Origin: Candidatus Latescibacterota bacterium | GTDB taxonomy: Bacteria > Latescibacterota > UBA2968 > GCA-2709665 | Assembly (NCBI GenBank): GCA_965116875.1 | Contig: OZ220733.1 | Coordinates: forward strand, 320,001 to 384,000 | Length of the DNA: 64,000 bases | Reading direction: 5' to 3' | Shown: piece after piece, positions 30,581 to 40,633 of the stretch | How positions within the stretch are numbered: the stretch's first letter is position 1 | Layout: each line of letters opens with the position of its first letter | The notes under the pieces: model-generated | The model's input: the letters and a program-made list of their open reading frames with translations, nothing else | Told to the model about the DNA's origin: nothing | The model's database searches: none | Program-made: the position numbers and the translations under genes

Positions 30581-32308
30581 ATGACAATGACACACACATC
30601 CGTCGAACTCCAGCTATTGAAGAACAGGCTGGAGTCCATCGTGGACGACATGGCGCTCACGGTCGTTCGCACGGCCTATTCGACCATTCTCAGAAACTCG
30701 ATGGATTTTTCCACCGGCTTCTGCGATCCTGACGGCCGGCTGGTCGCACAGGGCCTCTGTCTTCCCCTGCATCTGGGCAGCCTTCCGGACGGGCTTGCCG
30801 CCGTACTGAGCCGGTATGGCGACGCCATTGACGAAGGCGATGTTTTTCTACTCAACGACCCGTATGATGGCGGCACCCACCTGCCTGACATCTACGTCTA
30901 CAAACCTGTTTTCGTCGACTCCCGCCTGCTTGGATTCACGACCGCCATCGCGCATCACACCGATATCGGCGGCCGGGTCGCAGGGGGAAACGCCTGCGAC
31001 TCCACGGAGATCTTTCAGGAAGGCCTGCGGATCCCGCCGCTCAAACTCTACGCCGCCGGCCGCCCCGTGCAAGCCATCTTCGACCTGATCGAGCGGAACG
31101 TCCGCGTTCCCCGAAACACCCTTGGTGACCTTCGCGCCCAGTTGTCCGCCTGCCATATCGGCGAAAGAGCGGTCGTCGCACTCGCGGAGGAACAGGGCTA
31201 CGATCGCCTCCAAAGCGGGTTTTCCGAACTTCTGGATTATGCCGAGCGCCTCACGCGAGCAGAAATCGACGCTCTTCCTGACGGGCGCTTCACGTTTACG
31301 GACGTACTCGACGACGACGGTATCGACCCTGATGAGATCCCCATCACCGTCACGGTCGAGGTCGCCGGCAGCGCGCTTTCGGTGGACTTCAGCGGCACAG
31401 CGCCCCAGGTCAAGGGCGCCATCAACTGTGTCGCTTCATTTACCAGGTCGGCGGTCTACGCCTGTCTGCGCTGTCTCATGCGTGCGGACGTCCCCACCAA
31501 CTCCGGATTCTTCCGTGCCATTGACGTCCGCGTCCCCTCCGCGACGATTGCCAACCCGGTGCCGCCCGCTCCCGTAGCCGCCCGCGGCCTCACCGGCTTT
31601 CGATTGGCCAACGCGATTATGGGCGCGCTCGCTCCGCTGGCGCCGCATATCGTGCCGGCGTGCGAAGTCGGAGGAGATACCGGAATTTCGATTGGCGGAT
31701 ACCATTCTGACGGGACGCCTTTTGTCTTTCTCGAGTTTCTCTTCTGCGGCTGGGGAGGTCGTCCGGACCGGGACGGGATCGACGGGTGCGCCAGTATTGT
31801 GGTCAATTTTTCCAATAACCCCGCCGAAGTCGTCGAAGCCGAATATCCGCTCCAGATCCTTGAATACGGATTCCTGACCGACACCGGCGGCGCAGGAAAA
31901 TATCGCGGTTGCTGCTCCATAGTGCGCGAGTACCGCTTTGCTGAAACGCAAGCAACCCTTCAGATCCGCTCGGATCGCCATAATTCGCGGCCCTACGGCC
32001 TTTCGGGCGGCAAGCCGGGATCTCCATCCAGCAACATCCTGAACACTCACGCCGAATCCAGGAGACTGCCCTCAAAGACGCTGCTTAACCTGAAAAGAGG
32101 GGACACCCTGCGGCACGTACTCGCAGGCGCCGGTGGTTGGGGCAATCCATTGGAGCGCGACCCTCAACGCATCCTCGACGACGTCAGAAACGGAAAGGTC
32201 TCTATCCGGTCCGCAGAAATGCACTACGGCGTCGCCATAGACCCGCACACGTTGCAAATCGACGTTGCGCGCACGAGCGGGCTCCGATCCTGTTCAGCGC
32301 GCACATGA
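30581..32308 (+). CDS. Hydantoinase B / 5-oxoprolinase subunit
   Basis: RTAYS, DFSTG, NDPYDGGTHLPD, HHTDIGG, EIFQEGLRIPP, GGWGNPLERDP. Confidence 0.92.
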   Translation: MTMTHTSVELQLLKNRLESIVDDMALTVVRTAYSTILRNSMDFSTGFCDPDGRLVAQGLCLPLHLGSLPDGLAAVLSRYGDAIDEGDVFLLNDPYDGGTHLPDIYVYKPVFVDSRLLGFTTAIAHHTDIGGRVAGGNACDSTEIFQEGLRIPPLKLYAAGRPVQAIFDLIERNVRVPRNTLGDLRAQLSACHIGERAVVALAEEQGYDRLQSGFSELLDYAERLTRAEIDALPDGRFTFTDVLDDDGIDPDEIPITVTVEVAGSALSVDFSGTAPQVKGAINCVASFTRSAVYACLRCLMRADVPTNSGFFRAIDVRVPSATIANPVPPAPVAARGLTGFRLANAIMGALAPLAPHIVPACEVGGDTGISIGGYHSDGTPFVFLEFLFCGWGGRPDRDGIDGCASIVVNFSNNPAEVVEAEYPLQILEYGFLTDTGGAGKYRGCCSIVREYRFAETQATLQIRSDRHNSRPYGLSGGKPGSPSSNILNTHAESRRLPSKTLLNLKRGDTLRHVLAGAGGWGNPLERDPQRILDDVRNGKVSIRSAEMHYGVAIDPHTLQIDVARTSGLRSCSART

Positions 32309-32414
32309 CGCCCCCATGTCAGATCGGTCCCGGTTGCATCCAGGCAGGTAACGAAACGCGGACGATCCTTTGGACCGCCCGCATTTTATACTGAAACGTT
32401 CTCTAAAACCACAT

Positions 32415-34460
32415 TCATTCCAAGTCAATCACGATATTCCTCCACTCATCCAGTTGAACGCGAACATCCGGGGGAACCAGCGTGGTTGCGTCATAATCCT
32501 CTAGAATTAGCGGGCCCCATAAAGGCGATTCCTTCAGTTGGCTCCGCGTCAAAACCGGTGTCTCGATCCATCCCGTACGCTCCCCGAAATATGCCCGCCG
32601 TGTGCCGGGCATCCGGGCACCTTCATCAGGTTCGTCGATGTCGTTCCCGCTGGGCATCGGCGGCCCGGGCAGGAACGCGCGAATCCTCAATGTAACGATT
32701 TCAACCGAGTCGGTCTCGGCGCGGTGCCCGTACGTGCGCTCGTGTTCTGCTTCAAACGCGTTCCCAAGGTCCACAAGGGTATCACGGTTCCACGACCCGC
32801 CGGGTGCCCTGATCGGCAGTTCATAGGACTGCCCAGCGTACCTGAGATCCACGATATTCTCGAATGCAGAACCGGGCAACCGTTCTCCGGCTTCGTCCGC
32901 CATCCTTTCAAAGGCAGACTGAAGCTCATCCGGTTCCGCTTCCAACAGTCGACCCAGGCGGGTGCGTGCCAGATCGTACTGCAATCCTGCCGAGACCAGA
33001 CCGATGGCGCTGAAGAGCCCGGGCGCGGGCGGCACCAATACGCTCTGTATACCCAGTACACTGGCCATCGCCACGGCGTGGAGAGGGCCGCTTCCACCGA
33101 AAGCCAGCAACGTGTATTCACGGGGGTCCCGGCCGCGCTCTGACGAAACCGCACGTACTGCTCTCACCATACGTGCAACCGCGATCCGGTGCGCCCCCAG
33201 GGCGGCCTCGGCCACCCCCAGATTCATCCTGGACGCAATACATTCCCGCATCGCGCTGCGTGCCAACACGACGCCCAGAGGAAGGCAACCCCCAGCCGGT
33301 CCATCGGGATTCAGGTATCCAAGCAGCAGATTCGCATCCGTAAGCGTCGGCCGTTTTCCGCCGCGCCGGTAGCAGACCGGACCCGGGTCCGCTCCTGCGC
33401 TGGCCGGTCCGACAAGAAGCGCTCCACCGCCGTCGACCTCCAGGATACTCCCTCCGCCAGCTCCGATCTCGGCCAGATCGATACTGGGTACCCGTGTGGC
33501 GTACCCGCCACCGCTCAGTAACCTCCCAGCAACGGACAACCCGCCGCCCACCTCGTAGTCCGAAATGCGGGATATTTGTCCGTTTTCGATCAGCGCAGCC
33601 TTGGCCGTGGTCCCTCCCATATCGAATGCAATCAGATCCATGCAACCGATGCGACGCCCCAGCGACGCGGCAGCGACCACGCCCGCGGCAGGCCCGGATT
33701 CGAGAATCTGCACGGGACGCTCGACCGCTGTAGCAGCGTCGGTAACGCCTCCCCCTGACTGCATGATCCGCAGCGGAGCATCTATTTTCAGGGTTTGTAG
33801 TCGTGCGCGAAGATCACTCAAGTAGCTCCGTACCACCGGCATCACGTATGCGTTAATCACTGTGGTACTGGTCCGTTCGTATTCCTTGATTTCGGGCAGG
33901 ACTTCCGAGGACAGCGTCACAGTCCATCGCCCGGCCGCACGCAGCAACTCACCGATCCTGATTTCGTGATCCGGATTCACATAGGAGTTGAGCAGGCAAA
34001 CCGCGATCGAAACAACACGCTCCTCGTCCAGCCGTTTGATCGCAAGAAGAACACTCTCCTCATCCAGTGGTTCCATGACGTGGCCATCGGCCGCAATCCG
34101 TTCCGTCACCTCCAGACGGAGATAACGTGGCACAAGTGGCTTCGGCTTCTCCCAGGAGAGATCGTACAACCGGGGCATCCGCAGACGCCCGATCTCAAGT
34201 ACGTCTCGAAATCCCCTGGTTGTGATCAGCCCGGTCCGGGCGCCCGTACCGCCAAGGACGGCATTAGTCGCCACGGTCGTGCCATGAATGACTTCATTCA
34301 CGTGTACCCCGGATCCCTTTACAACATGACTTACGCCGTCTAATATGGCCCTGCCGTAATCTTCCGGCGTGGAAGGCAGCTTGAACAGTGCAACACGGCC
34401 GTCCTCGTCAACCGCCACAACATCCGTAAAAGTGCCGCCGATATCAATGCCAATGCGCAT
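32415..34460 (-). CDS. Hydantoinase A / 5-oxoprolinase subunit
   Basis: IDIGGTFTD, HGTTVATNA, EYERTSTT, ESGPAAG, DMGGTT, GAGGGS, SAGADPGP. Confidence 0.93.
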   Translation of the reverse strand: MRIGIDIGGTFTDVVAVDEDGRVALFKLPSTPEDYGRAILDGVSHVVKGSGVHVNEVIHGTTVATNAVLGGTGARTGLITTRGFRDVLEIGRLRMPRLYDLSWEKPKPLVPRYLRLEVTERIAADGHVMEPLDEESVLLAIKRLDEERVVSIAVCLLNSYVNPDHEIRIGELLRAAGRWTVTLSSEVLPEIKEYERTSTTVINAYVMPVVRSYLSDLRARLQTLKIDAPLRIMQSGGGVTDAATAVERPVQILESGPAAGVVAAASLGRRIGCMDLIAFDMGGTTAKAALIENGQISRISDYEVGGGLSVAGRLLSGGGYATRVPSIDLAEIGAGGGSILEVDGGGALLVGPASAGADPGPVCYRRGGKRPTLTDANLLLGYLNPDGPAGGCLPLGVVLARSAMRECIASRMNLGVAEAALGAHRIAVARMVRAVRAVSSERGRDPREYTLLAFGGSGPLHAVAMASVLGIQSVLVPPAPGLFSAIGLVSAGLQYDLARTRLGRLLEAEPDELQSAFERMADEAGERLPGSAFENIVDLRYAGQSYELPIRAPGGSWNRDTLVDLGNAFEAEHERTYGHRAETDSVEIVTLRIRAFLPGPPMPSGNDIDEPDEGARMPGTRRAYFGERTGWIETPVLTRSQLKESPLWGPLILEDYDATTLVPPDVRVQLDEWRNIVIDLE

Positions 34461-34488
34461 ATTCCTGCAATCCGGGAAGTAGATGTCT

Positions 34489-35802
34489 TCAATCCATAAA
34501 CAGATACCTGGCGATGAAAATCACCGCCAGCAGGTCCACCAGGGGGTTCACTTCGTCCCCTCGTCTCCCGAGCCGTTTTACAATGGGAAACGCGATGAAT
34601 CCCAAAGCAAGACCGTCCGAAATGCTGAACGTCAACGGCATGGCGATCATCGTCAGAAATGCAGGCAATGCATCGGTGACGTCTTGCCAGTTCACGTTAA
34701 CCACCGATGCCATCATCAACACCCCCACGACGATCAGCGCCGGCGCGGTTGCAAACGGCGGAATGGCCTCCACCAGGGGCGTCAGGAACAGGGCCAGCAA
34801 AAACATGGCGCCGGTTACAACACTCGCGAAGCCCGTACGCGCTCCGGCCGAAATACCGGATGCGCTTTCTATATACGTCGTCACAGTGGAAGTCCCAAAT
34901 AACGAGCCAAATACCGTGCCCAATGAGTCGGCAAGGAGCGCCCGGTTTGCTCGCGGCAGCCGTCCCCGTTCATCCAGAAATCCCGCTCTGCCCGATACCC
35001 CGACCAGCGTACCCATCGTGTCGAACAGATCCACGAACAGGAAGACAAGGACCACACCGATCAGACCGACGTCGAACGCTGCCGTCAGGTTTACGGCTGC
35101 GACGCCAAACAACCGCTCCGGCCAGGCCGGTAAACTGACGAGACCCTGAGGCGTGGAGGTCACACCCGTCAACATCCCCAGTACCGTCACACCCAGCATC
35201 CCCAACAATATGGCTCCTTTCACGCCTCTTGCCAACATCACGCCCGTGCCGAGTACACCCAGCAGCGTAAGCCCCACGGGGCCGCTCCTGATTTCTCCCA
35301 GAGCAATCAGCGTTGACTCATTCGCCGCCACGATTCCCGCATTCTTCAACCCGATAAAGGCAATAAACAGTCCGATTCCGCACGCCGTTGCCTGCTTGAT
35401 GGGTTCGGGCACCGCGTTGATGATGGCCTCCCTCACCCGCACCAGCGTCAACAACGTAAAGAGAATACCCGATGCAAGAATGACGCCCAATGCCAGGTCC
35501 CAACGTACGCCCATTCCCAACACCACGGTATAGGCGAAAAAGGCATTCAATCCCATCCCCGGCGCCAGGGCAAACGGATAATTCGCGACAATGCCCATGA
35601 TCAGGGTCGCCAGCGCCGCTGAGATGCAGGTCGCAAACAGCAGTTCACCAAAGAGATCCTTACCCAGCGCTTCCGTCAACATACCCGGATTCACAGCCAC
35701 TATATAGGCCATCGTAACAAATGTAGTCAGCCCCCCAATCACTTCCGCTCGGAAGGTTGCCCCTTTCTCTTCGAACCGGAAAAATCTGACAATTGCAGTC
35801 AT
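34489..35802 (-). CDS. NCS2/AzgA family nucleobase (purine) permease
   Basis: TFVTMAYIVAVNP, APGMGLNAFF, DLFDTMGT, TTYIESASG..AGARTG, PLTFSISDG. Confidence 0.92.
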   Translation of the reverse strand: MTAIVRFFRFEEKGATFRAEVIGGLTTFVTMAYIVAVNPGMLTEALGKDLFGELLFATCISAALATLIMGIVANYPFALAPGMGLNAFFAYTVVLGMGVRWDLALGVILASGILFTLLTLVRVREAIINAVPEPIKQATACGIGLFIAFIGLKNAGIVAANESTLIALGEIRSGPVGLTLLGVLGTGVMLARGVKGAILLGMLGVTVLGMLTGVTSTPQGLVSLPAWPERLFGVAAVNLTAAFDVGLIGVVLVFLFVDLFDTMGTLVGVSGRAGFLDERGRLPRANRALLADSLGTVFGSLFGTSTVTTYIESASGISAGARTGFASVVTGAMFLLALFLTPLVEAIPPFATAPALIVVGVLMMASVVNVNWQDVTDALPAFLTMIAMPLTFSISDGLALGFIAFPIVKRLGRRGDEVNPLVDLLAVIFIARYLFMD

Positions 35803-36004
35803 GGAACTCTCCAAGGGCTTGAATGAGGAATTTCAGCGATTCGCCGTCACCGCGGTGAATTCCTGCCGTTCTCCTGACCTGGCCTTGAGCCGGAAATCCG
35901 TCGGAAACGCACTCCGTTTTGCACTTGCGGAACCGCCGTACCGGCTGGTTCACGATTCAGAATCCGTAGCCCTGGCAGTCGGCTTTGGGCTTGTTTTTGT
36001 CTGA

Positions 36005-36072
36005 AAGCTGTTTTAAAATTACCGGTGAGCTACCGAGCGCGAGCGAATAAGTGGCGGTCAAGACGGAAAACC
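36005..36072 (+). repeat. Dispersed ~68-bp intergenic element, copy 1
   Basis: AAGCTGTTTTAAAATTACCGGTGAG...GGCGGTCAAGACGGAAAACC matches the reverse complement of 62130-62198 with 6 substitutions and 1 indel. Confidence 0.9.
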
Positions 36073-36181
36073 TGCCTGTGAGAGGCGAGCAAGCGCAGCC
36101 TCGATCTCGAAAGACGGGTGGATTTGACCAACGCCGACCCATCCGCGCTGGAGGATGTCGTTAAAGCCCAGGAGCCATGGC

Positions 36182-36946
36182 ATGTCAGAAGATATAGGTC
36201 CGATCCTGAAGAACTGGCCCTACGATTCCCAGAACAGCATCCGCAAGGTAATCGATCCCCGGGGCGTGGAGAAAATTCAGGTGCGTGTCGATCAGGGTGC
36301 GTTTCAGGGCGTCCTCCAAATGGAACTGGACGGGCGGCCCGACGGACAGAAACCCTATAGTCAGACCTTTGTCCTGGATTACCACAAGCAGCAGTTGCAG
36401 AAACACGTGGGCGCTTCAGGGTCGCCCGAGGGCTTCAGTCTGGATGAGCAGGCCTGTTCCGAGATCTTCGACGAAAGCCGGCGGATTTACGAAAGGTACG
36501 TATTTCTTCTGCAGATTCGGGATTACACCAGGGTTGTCCGCGATACCGAAAGAAATATGGACGTTTTTCGCTTTGTCAACAGATATGCCGAACGCGCGGA
36601 AGACAGAGAAAACCTCGAAAAGTGGTGGCCTTACATTCTCCGAATCCACGCGGTCGCGAGGGTAATGATCGCGACCCAGCAGGACGATTACGACACAGCC
36701 CTCGAGATTATCGGTGAAACGCAATCCAGGATTTCAAACCTCGAAGGTGTGGAGGCCGAAGAGTTCGAACAGGAAAAGAAGCGCTCACAGGAGTCCCTCA
36801 AAGAACTGGAAGACGAAATACTGAGCAAACGCCCACAGAGTCCGGCGGAAAAGCTCAAAGACGAACTGGCTCAGGCCGTCGAGGAAGAGGATTTTGAACG
36901 CGCCGCTGCCATCAGGGACAAGATCTGGGAATTGGAAGAAAGCTGA
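36182..36946 (+). CDS. UvrB/UvrC-motif-containing protein with an uncharacterised N-terminal region
   Basis: C-terminal LAQAVEEEDFERAAAIRDKI UVR coiled-coil; N-terminal LQMELDGRPDG. Confidence 0.8.
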   Translation: MSEDIGPILKNWPYDSQNSIRKVIDPRGVEKIQVRVDQGAFQGVLQMELDGRPDGQKPYSQTFVLDYHKQQLQKHVGASGSPEGFSLDEQACSEIFDESRRIYERYVFLLQIRDYTRVVRDTERNMDVFRFVNRYAERAEDRENLEKWWPYILRIHAVARVMIATQQDDYDTALEIIGETQSRISNLEGVEAEEFEQEKKRSQESLKELEDEILSKRPQSPAEKLKDELAQAVEEEDFERAAAIRDKIWELEES

Positions 36947-37188
36947 CGCAATACGCTGTGAATGTACGCTGTGTTCGACCGGGTGCGCATCAACGCCTCA
37001 CGATTCCGGACTCGTTCGGACCATCCCGCCAGTGAGCGCTGGCCCCACAAAATAGGCACATGCAACCGGAGGCTGCAAGACTTTTGACACATGCGCGCGG
37101 GCGCCAACTGTGAACGATTCGACTGGCCCACGTCCCCATGTATGGACGCGTCCGGCGGACCGGACGTCTGCGCGGCATCAAAAACACC

Positions 37189-37217
37189 TTGACTTTTCGG
37201 TCCGGAACGAATACTAT
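37189..37217 (+). promoter_or_regulatory. Putative sigma70 promoter for the ilv leader
   Basis: TTGACT-N17-TACTAT. Confidence 0.6.
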
Positions 37218-37328
37218 TTCTTCTGGCCAGACCGATTATCCGTTGCCGTGTCGCCTCCTCGGCTCCAGAGAATTTTTCGAAAAGACCGGTCAGTTACAGC
37301 CGGGCTGCCTTTGGAAGGGTTTCATCCC

Positions 37329-37436
37329 ATGGCTTTGAGTTTGCACGCTTTATCCGTACCAGTCCCGGTAATCAGTGGTGTTACCCTCAGCGTCGTTTCT
37401 CTGGTATCGGTACCCTCACGACGGCAGGGCCTGTAG
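37329..37436 (+). CDS. Branched-chain amino acid attenuator leader peptide (35 aa)
   Basis: MALSLHALSVPVPVISGVTLSVVSLVSVPSRRQGL is Leu/Val-rich and lies directly upstream of a terminator and ilvB. Confidence 0.75.
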   Translation: MALSLHALSVPVPVISGVTLSVVSLVSVPSRRQGL

Positions 37437-37464
37437 CCGGAATGGCGTATACCCGAATTCAGCC

Positions 37465-37499
37465 CGCCGTCGATGTCGAATCGACGGCGTTTTTGTTTT
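37465..37499 (+). terminator. Attenuator terminator hairpin
   Basis: CGCCGTCGAT-gtcga-ATCGACGGCG followed by TTTTTGTTTT; the 5' arm can alternatively pair with CGACGGC at 37419-37425 (antiterminator). Confidence 0.8.
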
Positions 37500-37595
37500 G
37501 TGTTTTGCCTTGTAAATTTGACGGATCGCCAGTGCGTGTTTATATTGCATTGAATCGTCGTAGAATACCTTCTTAAACTCGGGAGTTTATTGCAG

Positions 37596-39371
37596 ATGGC
37601 AAAGGGATCAGAGCAAATCCTCGCATCCGAAACCAACGGTCGGCCGGAACAGCAGGTTGACCCTGGAGACGCGACCCCGCCTGCCCCATCCCCGATGAAG
37701 GGCGCCGACATCCTCGTGGAAGCGCTTGTCCGGGAAGGCGTCGATGTCATCTTCGGATATCCCGGCGGCGCAAGTATGGAGATCCATCAGGCCCTCACCC
37801 GTTCCCGGATCCGAAACGTGCTGTGTCGGCACGAGCAAGGTGAAATTTTCGCTGCAGAAGGATTTGCAAAGGCATCGGGCCGGGTTGGCGTGTGTCTGGC
37901 CACATCCGGTCCCGGCGCCACCAATCTGGTCACCGGACTGGCGGATGCGAAGATGGATTCCGTTCCCCTGGTTGCGATTACGGGTCAGGTGGCGACGCAC
38001 GTGATGGGAGGCGACGCTTTTCAGGAAACTCCAATCGTCGAGGTCACAAGGCAGATTACGAAACACAACTTCCTGATAGACCGCATCGAGGATATTCCGC
38101 GTATTGTCAAGGAGTCGTTCCACATCGCGAATACCGGCCGGCCCGGACCCGTCCTGATCGATGTACCCAAAGACGTCCAGCAGGCTGTGCATGCGCCGGT
38201 CTGGCCGGACGACGTTGCCATTCGCAGCTATAATCCACATATCCGGCCGGACAGCAGTGCCATCGAAAACGTGGTCCGAGCGATACGGGAAGCCAAGCGT
38301 CCGGTCCTCTATGCGGGCGGCGGCATCGTCGCCGCCGGCGCCGCCCGGCAACTTCGGGAGCTTGTCGGAAAAACAGGTATTCCCGTGGTGCAAACGCTCA
38401 TGGGGCTTGGCGTTTTCCCGGAAACCCATCCGCTCTCGCTCAGGATGGTCGGCATGCACGGGACCGTATACGCCAACTATGCGATCAACCACGCGGACCT
38501 TCTGCTGGCTATGGGCGTTCGTTTCGACGACCGTGTTACAGGTAAGCTCGAAGCGTTCTGCAAACACGGCAAGATCGTCCATGTCGACGTCGATCCATCT
38601 GAAATCAACAAGAACAAAACCGCGCACATTCCGGTTGTCAGCGACGTCAGATACGCCCTTGAGGACCTGAATAAGCTCGTGGTACCCGGGGACTACGACG
38701 CCTGGCACGCCGAACTGGAAACGTGGAGACAGAAACACCCGCTGGCCTATCAGGAAGCAGACGATGCAATCCTTCCTCAGCATGCGATCGACCTGCTTTA
38801 CCGAATGACGGACGGGAAAGCCGTGGTCTCCACGGGCGTGGGACAGCATCAGATGTGGGCCGCCCAATATTACCTCTTCGACGAACCGCGCAACTGGCTC
38901 ACATCGGGCGGACTTGGCGCCATGGGATTCGGTCTTCCGGCAGCTCTTGGCGCACAACTGGCCAGGCCGGACGACCTCGTCGTGAACATCGACGGCGACG
39001 GAAGCTTTGTAATGAACGTGCAGGAACTCGCCACGCTCTACGTGGAAAAACTGCCGATAAAAACGCTGATCATCAACAACCAGCATCTGGGTATGGTGGT
39101 TCAGTGGGAAGACCGGTTCTATGAAAGCAACCGGGGCCACACCTTCATCGGCGATCCGGACGGCGGCATCCATCCCGATTTTGTCAAAATCGCCGAGGGT
39201 TTCGGGATTCCTTCGGCGCGCGTAGAACACAAGAAAGACCTTGAGGGCGCCCTGCAACACCTGCTCGAAACGCCCGGCCCGTACGTACTCGACGTTATCG
39301 TTCCCTATCAGGAACACGTGCTTCCCATGATCCCGGCGGGTCATACGTTTGCGGATATCATCACGGAGTAA
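37596..39371 (+). CDS. ilvB: Acetolactate synthase large (catalytic) subunit
   Basis: [55 protein letters not shown]...NN ThDP motif. Confidence 0.95.
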   Translation: MAKGSEQILASETNGRPEQQVDPGDATPPAPSPMKGADILVEALVREGVDVIFGYPGGASMEIHQALTRSRIRNVLCRHEQGEIFAAEGFAKASGRVGVCLATSGPGATNLVTGLADAKMDSVPLVAITGQVATHVMGGDAFQETPIVEVTRQITKHNFLIDRIEDIPRIVKESFHIANTGRPGPVLIDVPKDVQQAVHAPVWPDDVAIRSYNPHIRPDSSAIENVVRAIREAKRPVLYAGGGIVAAGAARQLRELVGKTGIPVVQTLMGLGVFPETHPLSLRMVGMHGTVYANYAINHADLLLAMGVRFDDRVTGKLEAFCKHGKIVHVDVDPSEINKNKTAHIPVVSDVRYALEDLNKLVVPGDYDAWHAELETWRQKHPLAYQEADDAILPQHAIDLLYRMTDGKAVVSTGVGQHQMWAAQYYLFDEPRNWLTSGGLGAMGFGLPAALGAQLARPDDLVVNIDGDGSFVMNVQELATLYVEKLPIKTLIINNQHLGMVVQWEDRFYESNRGHTFIGDPDGGIHPDFVKIAEGFGIPSARVEHKKDLEGALQHLLETPGPYVLDVIVPYQEHVLPMIPAGHTFADIITE

Positions 39372-39391
39372 ATTCACCGGCAACCTGTCAG

Positions 39392-39425
39392 AATCCGGAT
39401 GTTGCGGCGCAACATCCGGATTTTC
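39392..39425 (+). terminator. Hairpin/intrinsic terminator after ilvB
   Basis: AATCCGGATGTTGC / GCAACATCCGGATT perfect inverted repeat followed by T residues. Confidence 0.7.
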
Positions 39426-39435
39426 GTGTCCACAG

Positions 39436-39465
39436 GGAACGTCCGGCACATCGCGCCTGTCTAAG
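39436..39465 (+). promoter_or_regulatory. Putative ECF (sigmaE-type) promoter upstream of the ECF sigma gene
   Basis: GGAACG-N17-GTCTAAG; the same motif and spacing occur at 41504-41533. Confidence 0.65.
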
Positions 39466-39602
39466 CGTTTAGGAAAGACGAACAGCGGGCTCAACGCCCA
39501 GCCGCGAATCCGTTCGGGGCCGTTCTTCCAAGCACTTGCGGTTGCTCCGCGCAGCCACGATAACTGATGGTTTGGATCCATGAGGTGTTTCGGGGAGCCC
39601 GA

Positions 39603-40193
39603 ATGGGTGAAGATCTGGATCTGGTCAGACGCTGCCAGGAGGGAAGTCATCAGGCCTATCGCGTGCTTGTGGAACGTTACGAAGGGCGCATCTACAACCT
39701 TGCCTGCTCAATTGTAGGAGACAGGGAGGCAGCCCGTGACGCCACGCAGACCGCCTTCATCAGAGCATATCAGGCGCTTCCCCGATTCCGTGGAGACGCC
39801 GGTTTCTACACCTGGCTCTACCGGATCGCCGTCAACGTCTGTCTCAACCTTGCCCAGAAAGAAAAACGACGGCGGGATACGACCTCGCTGGACGACCTGC
39901 TGGAGTCAGGGCATTTCACGCCGGAACAACTCTGGGAACGCCGCACGCCCCACAACGATTTCGAACGAGTGCGCCTCCAGGATATCATCCGGGAAGTTCT
40001 GGAGCATCTTTCGCCCGACCATCGGCTCGTTATCGTGCTGAAAGACATCGAAGGGCTGTCTCAGGAAGAGATTTCAGAAACGCTGAATTGTTCGGTCGGT
40101 ACGGTCAAATCCCGCCTCTCCCGGGCCCGGGCCCGCCTCAGGGACCTCTTGCGGCCAGTATACAACGAGTGGAAAGAGGGGACGTCGCCATGA
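39603..40193 (+). CDS. ECF RNA polymerase sigma factor (RpoE-like)
   Basis: DATQTAFIRAY..L..FRG...FYTWLYRIAVN (region 2); GLSQEEIS..L..SVGTVKSRLSRAR (region 4). Confidence 0.93.
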   Translation: MGEDLDLVRRCQEGSHQAYRVLVERYEGRIYNLACSIVGDREAARDATQTAFIRAYQALPRFRGDAGFYTWLYRIAVNVCLNLAQKEKRRRDTTSLDDLLESGHFTPEQLWERRTPHNDFERVRLQDIIREVLEHLSPDHRLVIVLKDIEGLSQEEISETLNCSVGTVKSRLSRARARLRDLLRPVYNEWKEGTSP

Positions 40194-40630
40194 CAGACTC
40201 CGAAGTGAAGACCCTTTTGCCCGATTACCTGGAATCCAACCTGCCTGACGAACAGATGCGCGCGGTGGAGTCGCACCTTGCGGTCTCGACCGATTGCCGT
40301 GAGGAGCTGGACTATCTGAAGCGGATACAACGCCTGCTTGCCGCCAGACCGGAATCCGCTCCGCCCGGACTCTGGCACGGCATTGCACCGCGGATTGGCG
40401 TCCAGGAGGCAGTTGAGCCCTGGAAACAGTTCGAGTGGGTAGGCAAGAGGTTTCTTCCCGTTCTGGCCGCCGCGGTTCTGCTTCTGGCGGTCTTCGGAAA
40501 TCTCACAACGGAAGCGCCGGCGCTTACGCTGGAAGACTACCTGAATGCCCAGTGGGTTGAACAGGAGGCCGAAATGCTTTCCGACGCCGAACTCTCCGGC
40601 GACGTCCTTCCAATTCTGCAATCGAGGTAG
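40190..40630 (+). CDS. Anti-sigma factor, zf-HC2-like with a degenerate Zn motif and one TM helix
   Basis: ATGA overlap with the sigma gene; LPDYL...L......VESHLAVSTDC; TM segment FLPVLAAAVLLLAVF. Confidence 0.8.
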   Translation: MTDSEVKTLLPDYLESNLPDEQMRAVESHLAVSTDCREELDYLKRIQRLLAARPESAPPGLWHGIAPRIGVQEAVEPWKQFEWVGKRFLPVLAAAVLLLAVFGNLTTEAPALTLEDYLNAQWVEQEAEMLSDAELSGDVLPILQSR

Positions 40631-40633
40631 CCG

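Noticed and set aside
35803-36004. Purine or guanidine riboswitch upstream of the NCS2 permease
   Set aside because: No match by eye to the purine or ykkC consensus on the minus strand.
37608-39650. 680-aa antisense ORF over ilvB, and similar long shadow ORFs (3863-4942, 6248-7201, 50627-52150, 59376-60371, 60892-61908)
   Set aside because: They lie opposite well-supported genes and have no recognisable motifs; such ORFs are expected from codon bias in GC-rich DNA.
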